Below, one piece after another: positions 62,992 through 64,000 of a stretch of 64,000 nucleotides of DNA. The stretch covers positions 59,024,001-59,088,000 of the forward strand of contig CM060734.1 in NCBI GenBank assembly GCA_030704615.1. The letters run 5' to 3'. The stretch's first letter is position 1. Every line of letters begins with the position of its first letter. The position numbers and the translations under genes were made by a program. The notes beneath the pieces were generated by a model, which was not told the DNA's origin, searched no databases, and saw only the letters and a program-made list of their open reading frames with translations. This stretch comes from Takakia lepidozioides. Taxonomy: Eukaryota > Plantae > Bryophyta.

Positions 62992-63237
62992 CTATGAAGC
63001 CATGTTGATTTGCTTTGTACTCCTCTGTTTATTGTTTTCCACACCAGTAGTTTGTGACTGGCGGTACCGCCATTCACTATGAAGCCATGTTGATTTGCTT
63101 TGTACTCCTCTGTTTATGGTTTTCCACACCAGCAGTTTGTGACTGGCGGTACCGCCATTCACTATGAAGCCATGTTGATTTGCTTTGTACTCCTCTGTTT
63201 ATGGTTTTCCACACCAACAGTTTGTGACTGGCGGTAC
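62992..63237 (+). repeat. 85-bp tandem repeat, ~2.9 near-identical copies, with a 14-bp palindrome
   Basis: Units start at 62992, 63077, 63162 (ctatgaagccatgttgatttgc...); TGGCGGTACCGCCA near the end of units 1 and 2. Confidence 0.95.
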
Positions 63238-63894
63238 TATCATGTGGCTTTTACTCACCCATCCCTTCGCTATCCGAGGTGGAAACTCCAAGATAGAAGA
63301 GTTGGATATCTCTAAGCACTCAGCCCACTCAGAATAATCAGTCATGACATGCAGCTAGTGAATCATGGTTGTGCTTCCGGTTTGTATTTCTTCTTGCCTT
63401 CATGTTAGCAAATTTACCTTACCGTGTATACTTAAGCATCAGTTTGCTCCTTTAACTATCAGATTCCATTCACTCCACAGCTTCACTCAAGTCTCTCTAC
63501 ACAGTGTGATTGTATCGAATAATAATCAGATTAAGAATCATCAAGTATCGTGTCTATGCCATTGTGTCTCTAATCCACCATCCTATATAATCCTACAGCT
63601 TGTACGAACTAAGTCGCAATCTCGTCATCCTCTTCTCTTCTGTGGAATTATCATCCATGTACTCCAAGATCGTGCCCTCTGTCCAACCTCCTCCCGTGAT
63701 GTCTAAGAAGAAGTCATCCCCCAAAAAGTCCCCGCTCTCGGCTTTATCTACCTACAAGCTGTTCTAACCGCCTAGCTAACTGACCGTCACCCCTGAAGTA
63801 ACATATTCCCTCTGCAGATGTTGTTCCCACACAGTCGTTCCCTTTCCATGATAACCGTTCCCCCTGTACTGTGACGGTTGTGCAAAATTGCGTT

Positions 63895-64000
63895 GGGCTG
63901 TGTGAAGCTGTGTCGGGCTGTGTATAGCTGTGTTGGACTGTGACGGGCTGTGACTAGCTGTGACAAGCTATGACAAGCTGTGACTGGCTGTGTATAGCTG
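63895..64000 (+). repeat. 10-bp minisatellite (GCTGTGNNNR-like), runs off the window end
   Basis: gctgtgtgaa gctgtgtcgg gctgtgtata gctgtgttgg actgtgacgg gctgtgacta gctgtgacaa ... Confidence 0.9.

Noticed and set aside
62992-63237. CRISPR-like array
   Set aside because: Whole units repeat with no unique spacers; eukaryotic context with no cas genes.

Overview
Plant nuclear genomic DNA with GT-AG spliceosomal introns, probably a non-seed land plant (inferred from gene style, not certain). Intact or near-intact genes: the 3' part of a WD40-like/type II inositol polyphosphate 5-phosphatase (1 to ~7.1 kb), a cytosolic HSP70, a CCCH zinc-finger/coiled-coil gene, a small multi-Cx9C protein, the mitochondrial ATP synthase 6 kDa subunit, and three PLS-class PPR ORFs. 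One PPR ORF has a complete DYW deaminase domain; two stop at the end of E1 with decayed E2/DYW tails. Also present: a PPR-DYW pseudogene, two L1 LINE remnants, another non-LTR remnant, a CACTA transposase remnant, a tRNA-Ile pseudogene and a chimeric rps13/OPT/PPR fragment patchwork. The most striking result is invisible in the ORF track because an intron splits it. The PPR gene at 53.9-57.2 kb splices in frame (4 exons, all phases compatible) into transit-peptide-like leader + intact OSB-type 'PDF' single-stranded-DNA-binding motif + 17-motif PLS PPR array. Its neighbour, the DYW editing factor at 49.3-52.4 kb, carries two decaying copies of the same intron-split PDF module. This points to an ancestral PDF-PPR-DYW protein whose tandem duplicates kept reciprocal halves. 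Exon models are read by eye, without transcript data, and novelty could not be checked against databases.
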